A stretch of DNA of 64,000 bases, taken from NCBI RefSeq assembly GCF_021028975.2, contig NC_059433.1:2480001-2544000 (forward strand), in the 5' to 3' direction. The notes beneath the pieces are model-generated. The model searched no databases, was not told where the DNA came from, and saw only the letters and a list, made by a program, of their open reading frames with translations. Below are positions 13,051 through 24,689 of this stretch, one piece after another. Positions within the stretch are counted from its first letter, which is position 1. Every line of letters starts with the position of its first letter. This stretch comes from Sphaerodactylus townsendi (taxonomy: Eukaryota). The translations under genes were made by a program, and so were the position numbers.

Positions 13051-16000
13051 TTTTTTAAAAAATATATTTTATTGAAATTTTAATTATAACAACAATAGTT
13101 GCGTCAAATATCCGACTCAATTCAGCTTTAAAAAAACAGTTACATACTATAAGCATAACAAATACATTATATGACAGCTCCTTTGCAGTCGCATCTAATT
13201 ATTAAAATTAAAATTGTCATTCCTATAAGCAAAAAAACCTTGCTATTTTTCTTTATTATGTTTGATTTTACCCCCCATTTCATAATCAGTATGTAATTTC
13301 CTAATAGCTTATTAAATTATCTTATATATAAGCTATTATTGTTTTAATTAGGTATTTTCCAACTCATGGTTTTTGCTTCAAATTGATCATCATTCCTTAG
13401 GTTCTTAAAATACATTTATCTATTAAGGTAATCTAGGTACGGTTTCCAGACAGTTTCATATTTTTGGGGAATTTCTCTTAATTTCCACGTCAGTCGATCC
13501 AGTTCCATGGTTTCCAATAATTTGTTCTCCCATTGTTGTAGAGTCGGTGCTTCTTTATCTTTCCAATGTTTCACTATTTGAATTCTTGCTATTGTTGTCA
13601 TATAAAGAAAAAGGTTTTCATTCTGTTTAATTATTTTATCTTCGGTCAATCCCAACAAGAGAATTTCTGATTTGTTTTCAATATTTTATTCATTTCCGCT
13701 ACAATTTTCACCCAATATAATTTTATCTTTTCGCAAGTCCACCGCATGTGGATAAATGTTCCTCTGTCTTTTCTACATCTCCAGCATTTGTCATCCTTTT
13801 TTGTCAATTTTAGCTAGCTGGCTTAGTGTTAAGTATGATCTGTTAAATAGTTTGACAGAACTATTTATTGACAGAGTAAATTTATTATTCTTTTTCCAAA
13901 TTTTACCCCAATCCGATAATGAGATGTTTTTTCCTACGTCTTTGGCCCAACTGATCATCTCCTTCTTAACCACTTCCTGTTCTGTTTTTATTTCTAGAAG
14001 TAACTTATATATCTACTTATCCTTTTTTTACTATTTGTTGTTATTATAATGTCAAGTTCATTAAGGTTTATTTTGAAAGCTTAGTTTTTTTCAAATCTTT
14101 TAAAAATACTTCTGTTAATTGCTGATACGTAAACCAATGGCATGGTTTACCATTGTTCAAGATCTCTTCTCTATTTTTAATACATATCCTACTGCCATTT
14201 TTTATAGAATTTCTGTATAAGTGGGCCAATTCCAATCTTCATTAAATTCATGTATTCTTAAAGCTTCTGCTCTTGATAGCCACCCAGGAATATGATTAGA
14301 TATTAATCTTCTATATTTTGTCCAAACTTTGTATATGGCAGATCTAATTTTATGATTCTGAAATATTTTTCCTTTTATTCTATTCTCATCATTGGCCCAT
14401 ATATAATCGTGCCAACCTTTTGGTAAGTCATGTCCTTCCAATTGAAGCAACTTACGATTTTTTAGAGTAATCCACTCTATTGCCCAAACCAAAATGTTCG
14501 TTTCATAGTAGAGTTGTATATCTGGGACCCTTAATCCTCCCCTCTCTCTTTCATCTATCATAGTAGTATAGTTTATTCTCGCTCTTTTACCTTGCCAGAT
14601 AAATTTAGTAATTGTTTGTTTCCATTTCTCTAATGTTTTTGATGTGATCGTAACTGGAATATTTTGAAATAGATACATCAGTTTGGGGAGAATGTTCTGT
14701 TTTATAACTGAAATCCTTCCCAGAAAAGATAGTTTTAATCTCTTCCACCTTTCCAGGTCTTTATTGATATTTTCCCATATTTTGTTGTAATTATTTTCAA
14801 ATGATGTGTAATTTTTCTCTCCTATCATGATCCCTAAATATTTGACCTTCTTTTCTACTTGGAACCCTGAATTTTTTTGTAATTCTTCTTTTTCCTTCTG
14901 TGTTAAGTTTTTTGCTATTATTTTAGTTTTTTCTTCATTGATTTTTAATCCTGAAATTTTCCCAAATTCCTTTAATTTATTTATTATTCCATTAATATTA
15001 TTTAGTGGGTCCTCAATAAACAAAACTATATCATCAGCAAAGGATTTGTATTTATAATTATATTTTTAAATTTTTATACCCTTCCAATCATTGTCTTGAT
15101 TAATTTTCTTCCCTAAAATTTCCAAATAGGTTATAAATAAGAGAAGTGATAGGGGACACCCTTGTCTGGTTCCTTTATTGATCTGAAACTTTGATGTTAT
15201 GTTTCCATTAATTATGATAGATGCCTCTTGCTTTTTATATATAGCTTTTATTGCTTCTTTTGTTTTCCCCTTAAATCCAATTGTTTCTAATGTTTGATTC
15301 AAAAATTCCCAATTCACATTATTGAAAGCTTTGGTAGCATCTAAGAAAACCAAGGCTGCTTTTCTCCCTGGTTTGTTATCTAGATATTCAATCATATCTA
15401 ACACCGTTCTAATATTGTCCTTCTCATTTCTACCTGTCACAAATCCTACTTGGTCTTCACCTATGAATTTCTCTATGAAGTTTTCTTTTAATCTATTAGC
15501 CAATATTTTTGTAAAGATTTTATAATCGTTGTTGAGGAGTGATATGGGTCTATAATCTTTGGCTTCCAATATATTTTGTTGTTTTTTTGGGATAAGGGAT
15601 ATGTAAGTCTCTTCCCATGAATCTGGTATATCTTTACCTTCAAGAACCCCGTTAAATATTTTAACCAGATTCGGAAGTAAGATATTTTTCATTACTTTGT
15701 AGTATTTAACGGGAATCCTGTCTGGCCCAGGGGCTTTATTTATATCCAATGAATGTATAACCCTTTCTATTTCTTCTATCGTTATATCTCTATTTAGTTG
15801 TTCTAGTATATCTTTGCTAATTTCATCATTTCTATAATCAAACAGGTACTTCTTTATTTCTTCTTTCTCTATCTTATCCTCCTTATATAAATTGGAATAG
15901 TAATCTCTAAGGGTCTTTTCTATTCTTTCCTGTTCCGTAATGATCTTATCATCTTTTAAAATTCCTAATATAATTCTCTTTTCCTTTTCTTTCCTTAATT

Positions 16001-18190
16001 TCAACGCCAACCATTTACCTGGTTTGTTTACTCCCTCAAAATCTTTTTGTTTTAAAAACTTCAATTTTCTTTCCATATCAATTTGATTCTTATTATCCAA
16101 TTCCTGTTTAATGATCGTAATAGTTCTCAAAAGTTTTTTACTGTTTGGCTTCTTAATTAATTTTTGTTCCAGATTTCTAACTCTTTTGTTAATTCTCTCT
16201 TTTGCTTTGCTTTGTTTTTTAATTATCAATTCTTGTTCAAAGAAGAGTCCTCTTACATAAGCTTTACTTGTGTCCCATATAGTATTCTCGTTTTGAATTG
16301 AGCCTCCATTTAATTGAAAGAACTCCTTAATTTTAACTTCCATTTTATCTGTTAAATCCTTTTTTGTAACATCCAGTTTTTTATTATATAGTTTCTCCTT
16401 TTATTGATTTTTCCTTGTATGTTCCAACATATGGGGTTGTGATCTGATAAACATCTTGGTAGGGTAATTATTTTTTTGTGTTAGTGTTGTAAGTCGACTA
16501 GAGGCCCATACCATGTCTATTCTTGTGTGGCTGAAATATCTATTTGAGTAATAAGTGTAGTCTTGAGAGTTTTGATATTTTTCTCTCCAAATATCTTTTA
16601 CTTTTAGGGTTTTTACCATTTCAAAAAAGTTTTGGGCAACATTCTACTGGTTATTGTGGCTTTACCTTTTCTATCTAATTTGTTATTAACAATTCCATTA
16701 AAGTTTCCCATGATTGTTTTCATTCATATATTGAGATGTTACATTTAGCAATTCCTTCTAGAACTTAGATTTCCTTTCATTGGGTGCGTATATTCCAATT
16801 ACTAATGTTCTTACTTCATTTAATGTTATTTCCACTGCTATGTATCTACCTCCTTTATCTTCACCAATTCGTTGGGGGTTTAATTTTCCTTTTAACGTAT
16901 AACGCTACTTCTCTCTTTTTCTTCTTTTCTAGAGATGAGTGGAAGAACTCTCCTAATTTTCTCCTTTGTAAAAATCTTGTATCTTTTACCCTAATATGGG
17001 TTTCCTGGCTACATATCAGATCTAAGTTTAACTTTTCCAAATATTTAAACATTTTTTCTCTTGTTGGGGCTGTTCCAGCCATTTACATTCATTGTTAACA
17101 ATTTATAATCCATCATATATTACTTTCAAAATTAACAATAGAGAGAGAGGCCATAAATCAGACTATTTGCTTTCTTTAGGCTTAAAATTCCAATTCTATG
17201 GAACAAAAATCCATATAATCTAATTTCATATTTCATAAGAGGTTATATATCTTACATATCTCATTTCATGTATTATTTACAATATATGATTATTACGTAT
17301 ATTTGATTATTTTCTAAAAAAAATTAAGTAAAGGCGTATCAGTGAGAGAATGAAATTCATTACTCATTGTTATTATTATTTATAATATTACAAAAAAAGA
17401 ACTAACTTGTGAAAAAATGCAGCTATAAAATAAAAAAAATTATCACCATTGTTAGTTTCGCTACTAAAACATACTCACACTATAGAGTCATTTTGGTTAC
17501 CACATTTACCCCTTTCCTTGTTACTTCATAATGCTGGCATTGTCTTGGAGAAAATCTTGAGCTTGTGTAACCAATTCTATTGTTATTCTTTTGTCCCTCC
17601 AAGTAAAACTGATTCCTTCTAGTATGCCCCACCTGAAATTTATTCTGTTTGATCTTAACCAATGAATCAGTGGGGAATAATCTTTTCTTTTCCTGAGAAT
17701 ATAAGGGATCATTTTTAACACTATCACCTCTTGTTCGTGAATCTTGAGTCTTTCTTTAGAGTGCTTCATTAATATATCCTCTCTTGTTTTTTTCCTGGTG
17801 AAAGTTATTATTATGTCTCTTGGTGTTCCTTTGTCATTTGCATATCTCATATTTGGTCTTTGTATCCTTTCAATATCGCTATTTATTTGATCTCTGCTTT
17901 TCCCCAGATATTCTGCTAGAGCTGTTTTTATTTTCTCTTTGTAATCTTCTCTTCCTTCCTCCTTATATCCTCTTATTCATAAAATATTTTCTTTTTGTCT
18001 TAACTCTAACAGAGCCATCTGGTCTGCCATTTGTTCCATTTGATTTTTCATTATTTCCACTTTACTATCTGTTACTGTTGTACAGTTAATAATTCTAGTC
18101 AATTCTTGTTTAACTTCTTTTATGGAACCTTCATTTTTTTTAACGTGGCTTAAGTCTTTTTTAATTTCTTGTATTTCTCTTTCCTCCTCT
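13051..18190 (-). mobile_element. L1-clade LINE, 5'-truncated in ORF1
   Basis: AATAAA plus A-rich tail at about 13051-13073; ORF2 about 17113-13416 (MNVNG, CSQETH, RIDMVW, KAPGPD, YRPISLLN, GTRQGCPLS, FADD, KYLGI, GGLRVPD); ORF1 C-terminus 17521-17850. Confidence 0.95.
13416..17113 (-). pseudogene. L1 ORF2 (APE endonuclease plus RT), disrupted
   Basis: Track ORFs 16861-17082, 16401-16619, 15066-16343, 14202-15023, 13791-13973 and 13416-13658 are successive pieces of ORF2. Confidence 0.9.
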
Positions 18191-18194
18191 GGAA

Positions 18195-19390
18195 CAGCTC
18201 CAGCTGGTCAATATCCCTCACCCGCAGTCTCCAGGCATTTTCTGATTATTGTAAATGCAATGCTCTGGAGATAAACTATACCAAATTCAAGATTATGGTG
18301 TTTGCCAAATCTTGGTGACCTTTGTCATGAAAAATCAATGGGAACACATTAGAACAGAATCTTTCTGCTACCTGGGGGTGATGTCACCTCAACTCAGCCA
18401 CATTACCACCCTTGCAAAATGCAATATTGCCACTATTAAATGCTTCTTGTTCACCAAAGGAGGTAAATATATGCCTTCTACATTTAAAGTCTTCAAATCC
18501 AAATTAATTCCAAAGATACTACATGGGGCCCCAATATGGGTAGGCGGCCCAATTAAAGACCTAAAAAAATCCAGTCTTTTCACAACCTTCTTGGACTACC
18601 CAACTGTGTTGCAAATGTCAGCCTAGGCCTAGAAATGGGTTTAAATCTTATGACTATGAGAGTCTGGATATCAGCCTTGAAATTTGGGGTGCACCTCCAT
18701 CACAATGCAAGGTCAGGCAAGTTAACATGGCACATGCTTGCAGATTCATACTGCTCCTAATGGAACCAACAAATTACAAATTATATCACAACCTTAGGTT
18801 TCTCTGTGGAATTTTTTTCCAACTCAGATGAGATCAGTACCTTTTGCACCTTAAAACAAAGAGTACTTGGTTTGGAAAGACAAAAACTGCTATCTGAAAC
18901 TAACAGGCCCTGCTCATTGTTGAGCTACGGACTTCTTCCAACTGATGGATCCCTTCCGGCCTACTTCAAAAATCTCTCATCCCCATTACTGAGACGCTTC
19001 TTTATGCAAGCTGGTCAAAATGTCGAAATGTCCTCCCCTCTGCCAGTTCTCCATGGCAGATTCCTTCAGGTTCCGTTACAAGCAAGAACTTGTCAATGTT
19101 TGCCCAACCAAGTGGAAACAACTGCTCATATACGCCTGCATTGTTCTCACCACACAGAACTCAGGAACCTCATATTAATTCAGGTCTTGCCACTTCTGAC
19201 CAAGACAAGCTACATCTGCTTTTGAATGACTGCTGCACTAAAAGAACTGCAGACATAGCAAAGTTTTTGGCAACAACTTTATCACAACTGCACACTCCTG
19301 CTGATCATCCAATAACCTTTTCTATCGTTAGTGTCAGTCTGATTGTTGTTTTATCCTATGCCTAATAAATGTAATGAAAAAATGAAAAAA
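18195..19390 (+). mobile_element. RTE-X-like LINE 3' fragment
   Basis: INYTK.KIMVF, FCYLGV, LHGAPIW, C-terminal RTCQC...ETTAHIRLHC knuckle; ends atgcctaataaa plus (atgaa)-like tail. Confidence 0.7.
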
Positions 19391-19394
19391 AATT

Positions 19395-20302
19395 GGTTAA
19401 GGATGCTTTACTTTGCCAAAGGGTTAGTCCAGCTCATTTTGAAGGATTCATTTGTCTCTACATGGCAAAGGCAGGTTGAGGTCAAATGGAATTACTGTGG
19501 TCTCTCATCACAACTTCTCATAACCAGGCAAAGGAGATGGTGAAACAGAGAATTCTGGATGTAGAAAGACAGCATGATTTGAACAAATTTAAGAGTTTCC
19601 TTTACAACCCAAGTAGTCTAAATAAGGTTGTTCTGATACCTTATGTTAAGTACTTAGATAATCCTGATTATAGAAGAATGTTTAGTGCAGGGGTAGGGAA
19701 CCTGCGGCTCTCCAGATGTTCAGGAACTACAATTCCCATCAGCCCCTACCAGCATGGCCAATTGGCCATGCTGGTAGGGGCTGATGGGAATTGTAGTTCC
19801 TGAACATCTGGAGAGCCGCAGGTTCCCTATCCCTGGTTTAGTGCATTAAAATATAATGTATTACCCCCTGCCATCCTCTATGGTAAATACAAAGGGATAC
19901 CTCCAGTAGAATTTTTATGTTTGTGTGGAGAAGGGATCATTGAGTCATTGGAGCACGTTTTATTTGAGTGTAAGATTTATAATCATATCAGAGAAGGTCC
20001 CGTTACTCCTATAGTTTCTCAATTTCCAGGAAGTGACAGAAAGACTTACCTTACGATTATGCTAACAGTTAGCAACCAGGAGATCACCTCTGCTGTAGCC
20101 AAACCTGGTCAGATAGCAAGTAAGATTAGGAAAAATTTGGGTTAGTTGTTTAAAATTTTATCAGGAAGTTTATAGTTTTAAGATTGTAAATGCTCTTGTA
20201 AAGTTTGCATAATTTTTAGCATTATTTTGTATTATTCCTGTAGTATGTACTATGATACTTTAATTTTCTGGTCTTGAACTGTATAAATGAATAAATAAAA
20301 AA
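19395..20302 (+). mobile_element. Second RTE-X-like LINE 3' fragment (different subfamily)
   Basis: VKQRILDVERQ, YRRMFS|ALKYNVLP, CLCGEGIIESLEHVLFEC; AT-rich tail. Confidence 0.65.
19688..19835. mobile_element. Palindromic hAT (Charlie-like) MITE, 148 bp
   Basis: Near-perfect fold-back CAGGGG...CCCTG; 8-bp TSD gtttagtg at 19680-19687 and 19836-19843. Confidence 0.95.
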
Positions 20303-20718
20303 ATTAGGTGCTGACAGTAGTGTAGAAAGATAGAAATATGAAAACAATGAAAAGGGCAGCAACCTGTAGCACACTCTGGTCTAATTCAAGAATTCTGATT
20401 AAATTGGAATTCAAGATGACTATGATACAGGGCACAATGAACACAATGAAGAGGAATATTCCGGAATCATGGAGCTGGAAGGGGCCATACAGGCCATCTA
20501 GTTCAACTCCCTGCTCATTGCTGGATCAGCCTAAAGCAGGGTGTCAAACTCATTGGTTATGAGAACCAGGTATTTAAAGTTGATTTGGTTGGGCTGAGCC
20601 CTGGTGATGGAAGGGGGGGTTGATGTCTCAGGTGGCCCTAGAATGGCATTGGGTGGGTGTCTGGACTAGCAAGCCTGCAGTGGGGTTGAGTGGCTGCCTT
20701 GAGAGGGCTTATCAGACC

Positions 20719-21160
20719 TGAGAGTCAGCGTGGTGTAGAGCAGGTGCACTCTAATCTGTAGAACGAGGTTTGATTCCCCACTCTGCCACCTGAGCTGTGG
20801 AGGCTTATCTGGGGAACTAGATTAGTTGTGCACTCCAACACATGCCAGCTGGGTAACCTTAGCCTAGTCCAGGGGTAGGGAACCTGCGGCTCTCCAGATG
20901 TTCAGGAACTACAATTCCCATCAGCCTCTGTCAGCATGGCCAATTGGCCATGCTGGTAGGGGCTGATGGGAATTGTAGTTCCTGAACATCTGGAGAGCCG
21001 CAGGTTCCCTACCCCTGGCCTAGTCACACTTCTTTGGAGTTCTCTCAGCCCCACCCTACCTCACAGGGTGTTTGTTGTCAGGGGGAAGGGGATGGAGTTT
21101 GTAAACCCTTTGAGTCTCCTTACAGGAGAGAAAGGAGGGCTATAAATCCAACTCTTATTC
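20719..21160 (+). mobile_element. tRNA-derived Squam3-like SINE
   Basis: A box tggtgtag, B box ggtttgattcc, body cctcacagggtg...gtaaac...tataaat, CTT-like tail. Confidence 0.75.
20870..21017. mobile_element. Palindromic hAT MITE (same family as 19688)
   Basis: 8-bp TSD gcctagtc at 20862-20869 and 21018-21025. Confidence 0.95.
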
Positions 21161-21315
21161 TTATAAATCCAACTCCTCACACCCAATCTGGCCTGATGAG
21201 GAAGAAGTGGGGTGGGTGGGAGTGGGCTTGCCTCAGCTGGCTTGCAGGCCTGATAAGCCCCCCAAGAGGCTGGATCCAGCATCCAGGCCACATGTTTGAT
21301 ACCCCTGGCCTAGAC

Positions 21316-21448
21316 CAGGCATCTGCAACCTGCAGCTTTCCAGATGTTCATGGACTACAAATCCCATCAGCCCCTGCCAGCATGGCCAATTGGCTGATGG
21401 GATTTGTAGTCCATGAACATCTGGACAGCCACAGGTTGCAGACCCTGG
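21316..21448. mobile_element. Palindromic hAT MITE, related subfamily
   Basis: 8-bp TSD gcctagac at 21308-21315 and 21449-21456. Confidence 0.9.
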
Positions 21449-23073
21449 GCCTAGACAGACACCCAGACAAGTTTGATCCAGTCGCTGCTTAAAGACTGCC
21501 AGTGAGGAGGAGCTCCCGACCTCTGTAGGCAGCTGGTTCCACTGTTGCTCAACTCTTACAGTAATATTTTCCTAATATCAGTATGGAACCTTTCTGCCCA
21601 TAATTTATATCTGTTACTGTGAGACCCATCCTCTGCTGCCAGGCGACAAGCTGATTTATGCTTGCCCACAGAGACTTATGGATCCTATTGGATTCCTGAA
21701 TGCTCTGTAGGATCCTGAACCCACTGGCACCATCAATGAGCCGGTGAGATGGTGACGAAGCTGATGAAGAGAGAGTATTTCTCAGCCTCTCTCACATCCA
21801 CAAGCTCTTGCCCAGCCCAACTGTTTTGCATCATTCAGTCTCGCTAAATGAGGGTTCTAAAAATTCTTGGCTGTGAGGCTTTTATGAGCTTTTTTGCAGA
21901 TAAAGTCACGTCGCTCCACCATGACCTCCTTGCCACTCTTGATACAATCAGCGAATTGGAGGCTCTGTGGCCATCTTCAGGTCCTTGTCTGGACCAGTTT
22001 TTCCTGCTCGCTGAGGCCGATGTTGACAGGGCCCTGGCTGCTGTTAGACCTGCTACCTGTCCTCTGGATCTGTGCCCCTCTTGGCTAATTAAAGCTTACT
22101 GGGAGGAACTATGACACCACCTGTTGAATATCATCAACTGTTCCCTTAAGCAAGGAGTGTTTCCTGGTGGGTTGAAGGAGGCAGTGATCTGCCCACTCTT
22201 CAAAAGACCATTGTTAGATCCTGCTGATCTGGCCAATTATTGCCCCATCTCAAATCTTTCGTTACTGGGGAAGGTAATTGAGAGAGTGGTGTTGGAGCAG
22301 CTTCAGGGCTTCCTGGAGGACACATTGGCACTCGATTCCTTCCAGTCTGGCTTCTGTGCTGGGCACGGGATGGAGACTGTCCTCGTCACCATCACAGATA
22401 CACTCTGCATGCAGCTCGACTGAGGCAGCTGCGGCAGATCAGTATTATTGGACCTTACTGCAGCATTTGATATGGTCGGCCATGACCTTTTGACCCACTG
22501 CCTGGCCGCTGCTGGGGTGCGGGGCACTGTTCTTCAGTGGCTTGCCTCATTCCACTGGGAATGGAGTCAACAAGTGTGGTGCGGGAACCAGTCTTCCCAG
22601 CAGTGCCCGCTTTCTTGTGGTGTGCCTCAGGGAGTGCTGCTGTTCCCATTGTTATTTAACATCTACATGCGACCCCTTGCTCAGCTGGTGTGGAGTTTTG
22701 GGCTGATCTATTATCAATATCCTGATGACACTCAGCTCATTCTGTTGGTGGAGGGGGGTGTCCACTGTCCCTGTGGCTCTACAGCATTGTTTGGAGGTGG
22801 TCGCTTGGTGGTTGAAGCAGAGCAGGTTGAAACTTAATCCAACAAAGATGGAGGTCCTCTGGCTAGGCTGCAAAGGGAGAACTGGAGACTTTCTGCCACT
22901 GGAGTTGGAAGGGGTCACTTTGGTTTTAACCCCTTTCTGGGGAACAGGATTGCTAGGCCTGTGGAGCGACAGCTCGAAAACCTACTCCGATAAGGTTAGT
23001 TGTTTTCCTCTTTTTATCAGCTTCCTGTAGCCTCTTAAACTCCCACTCCTCTTATGAAGAACAGTTTACCAAC

Positions 23074-24680
23074 ATGGGGAGTAAAAAACGGACTAGAGAG
23101 CTGGAAGAAAATCCCCCCCCCCATTGCTAAACAGCCAAAAATACAGGACTTTTTCCAAATTCCAGTAACAAATCGCTATGGGGCCTTAGCTGATAATGAG
23201 TCAGTGCCGGGGGATGAAAACTCCCTTAGAAGCTTATCAAAAGGAATTGAAACAAGAATGTCTCCCAGCAGAACAACAAATTAATCGAATGCACAAATCA
23301 GTGCAGCTGTGAGTGCAGACAGTAACCCCATAGTATCAGAAGACCGGCAAGAACTAATTAGCCTTGTGTCTCTCTTAGTGGGAACAGTTGAATACATATA
23401 TAACGAGCTTAAGCTGCTAAATGGCAAAATGAATGCAGTAATGGATTCCAAAAAGCAGGAACGCAATGAGATCCAATCAACAGCACAAAGAGAGCTACAG
23501 CTCAGTGTCACAAAGGTTACTCCTGTTAAAGGCACAAACTTCAAGTTTCAGTAAAAAAACAGAGAAGTTATGAACCCCTGCAACTTAATACTCTCTCCTG
23601 ATAAAATCTGCCGAACCATCGGTAAACACAGAGGCATAGTCCCTGATTGGAGTAAACCTTCTCTGGCTAAGCACCATCTTAGCATACTATTAAAAGAAGA
23701 TTTACATCACATCAATTGTGCGCTCAGTTGAAATGATGGATTACGAAACCACCAATTGAGAGCCTTGCTAACCTTTAATTCATCTAGAATCCCTGCAAAG
23801 CTGATGCAAGGAAGAGCTCGGTTGGCCACTAAAGGCTTGATTTTATCTCGGGTTTTTAAAAACACCACCATTCACCCCTTAATCTGCAAGAGACTACCCA
23901 CTCAACAAAGACAGGAGAACAAACCTATTATGCAATTTGACAAGGCCCCAGATACTTACAAGACTGAAATGAAAATCTCCAGCTCCAGGGAAAGGAAACG
24001 CAAGAAAATGTGACCTGTTTGCAAGACCATCATAGGATTGGGCTGGAGCAGGAACAAAATGGCACCCCCAATAGACTTGTTCTGCCACGCTCGAGTCCAG
24101 CGTGTCATCTCCAAAGAGACTCAGCTAACAGATCAGATTCTCCCCTCCTATTACTGTATATACTGGCGTATAAGACTACTTTTGAACCCTGGGAAATAAT
24201 CTGTAAAGTCTGGGGTCGTCTTATACGCCAGGTACTGAGTGGGTGGTACTGAGCAGGTGGTACTCTATATTTTAACTGGAAAAGTGGGGGGGTCGTCTTA
24301 TACCCCTAGTCATCTTATACACCGGTATATACGGTAGTTACTTTATCACCATCAGACAAAAACAATAAATCCTTAAGCCCAAAGCCGGCTGGGCAAGATG
24401 CCTGTGCAGTACCTTCTCTTGAGCTGGAAATTGACAGATTGTCAAGTTGGGTTTTAAACAACGACCAAGATGACAAAAAAGCTGGGAAATCGTGGGCACA
24501 AGAACTTGCCGAATTCCAGTGTATACTTCCCCATCTACACAAGCAGCCCCCATGGAGCATCAATCATCAACAGCGTGGCCCTGTTCTGACCCTCTCACCG
24601 ATGAAAATGGCTGTATCTTCCATGACATCGGAGATAATTTACAGAAAATCACACCCCTGGATTGACTACCTATTACTATA
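23074..24680 (+). pseudogene. ORF1 of the RTE-X-like element, disrupted
   Basis: MGSKKRTRE...IPVTNRYGAL, coiled-coil-like IYNELKLLNGKMNAV; stops, frameshifts and a MITE insertion; end point approximate. Confidence 0.55.
24154..24334. mobile_element. Tc1/mariner-superfamily (Tc2/pogo-like) MITE
   Basis: TIRs ctgtatatactggcgtataaga / tcttatacaccggtatatacgg, TA on both sides, internal gtcgtcttatac repeats. Confidence 0.85.
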
Positions 24681-24689
24681 GAACCCCAG

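Larger units (their letters stand above)
20537..21307. mobile_element. hAT MITE (CAGGGTGTCAAAC TIR) carrying a SINE
   Basis: TIRs cagggtgtcaaac / gtttgatacccctg; flanks gcctaaag / gcctagac (6 of 8 match). Confidence 0.75.
20455..21640 (-). mobile_element. CR1 LINE 3' end, split by nested insertions
   Basis: gaatcatggagctggaagggg...ggccatctagt 3'UTR; resumes after 21456 with ctgcttaaagactgccagtgagg...ttccactg. Confidence 0.75.
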
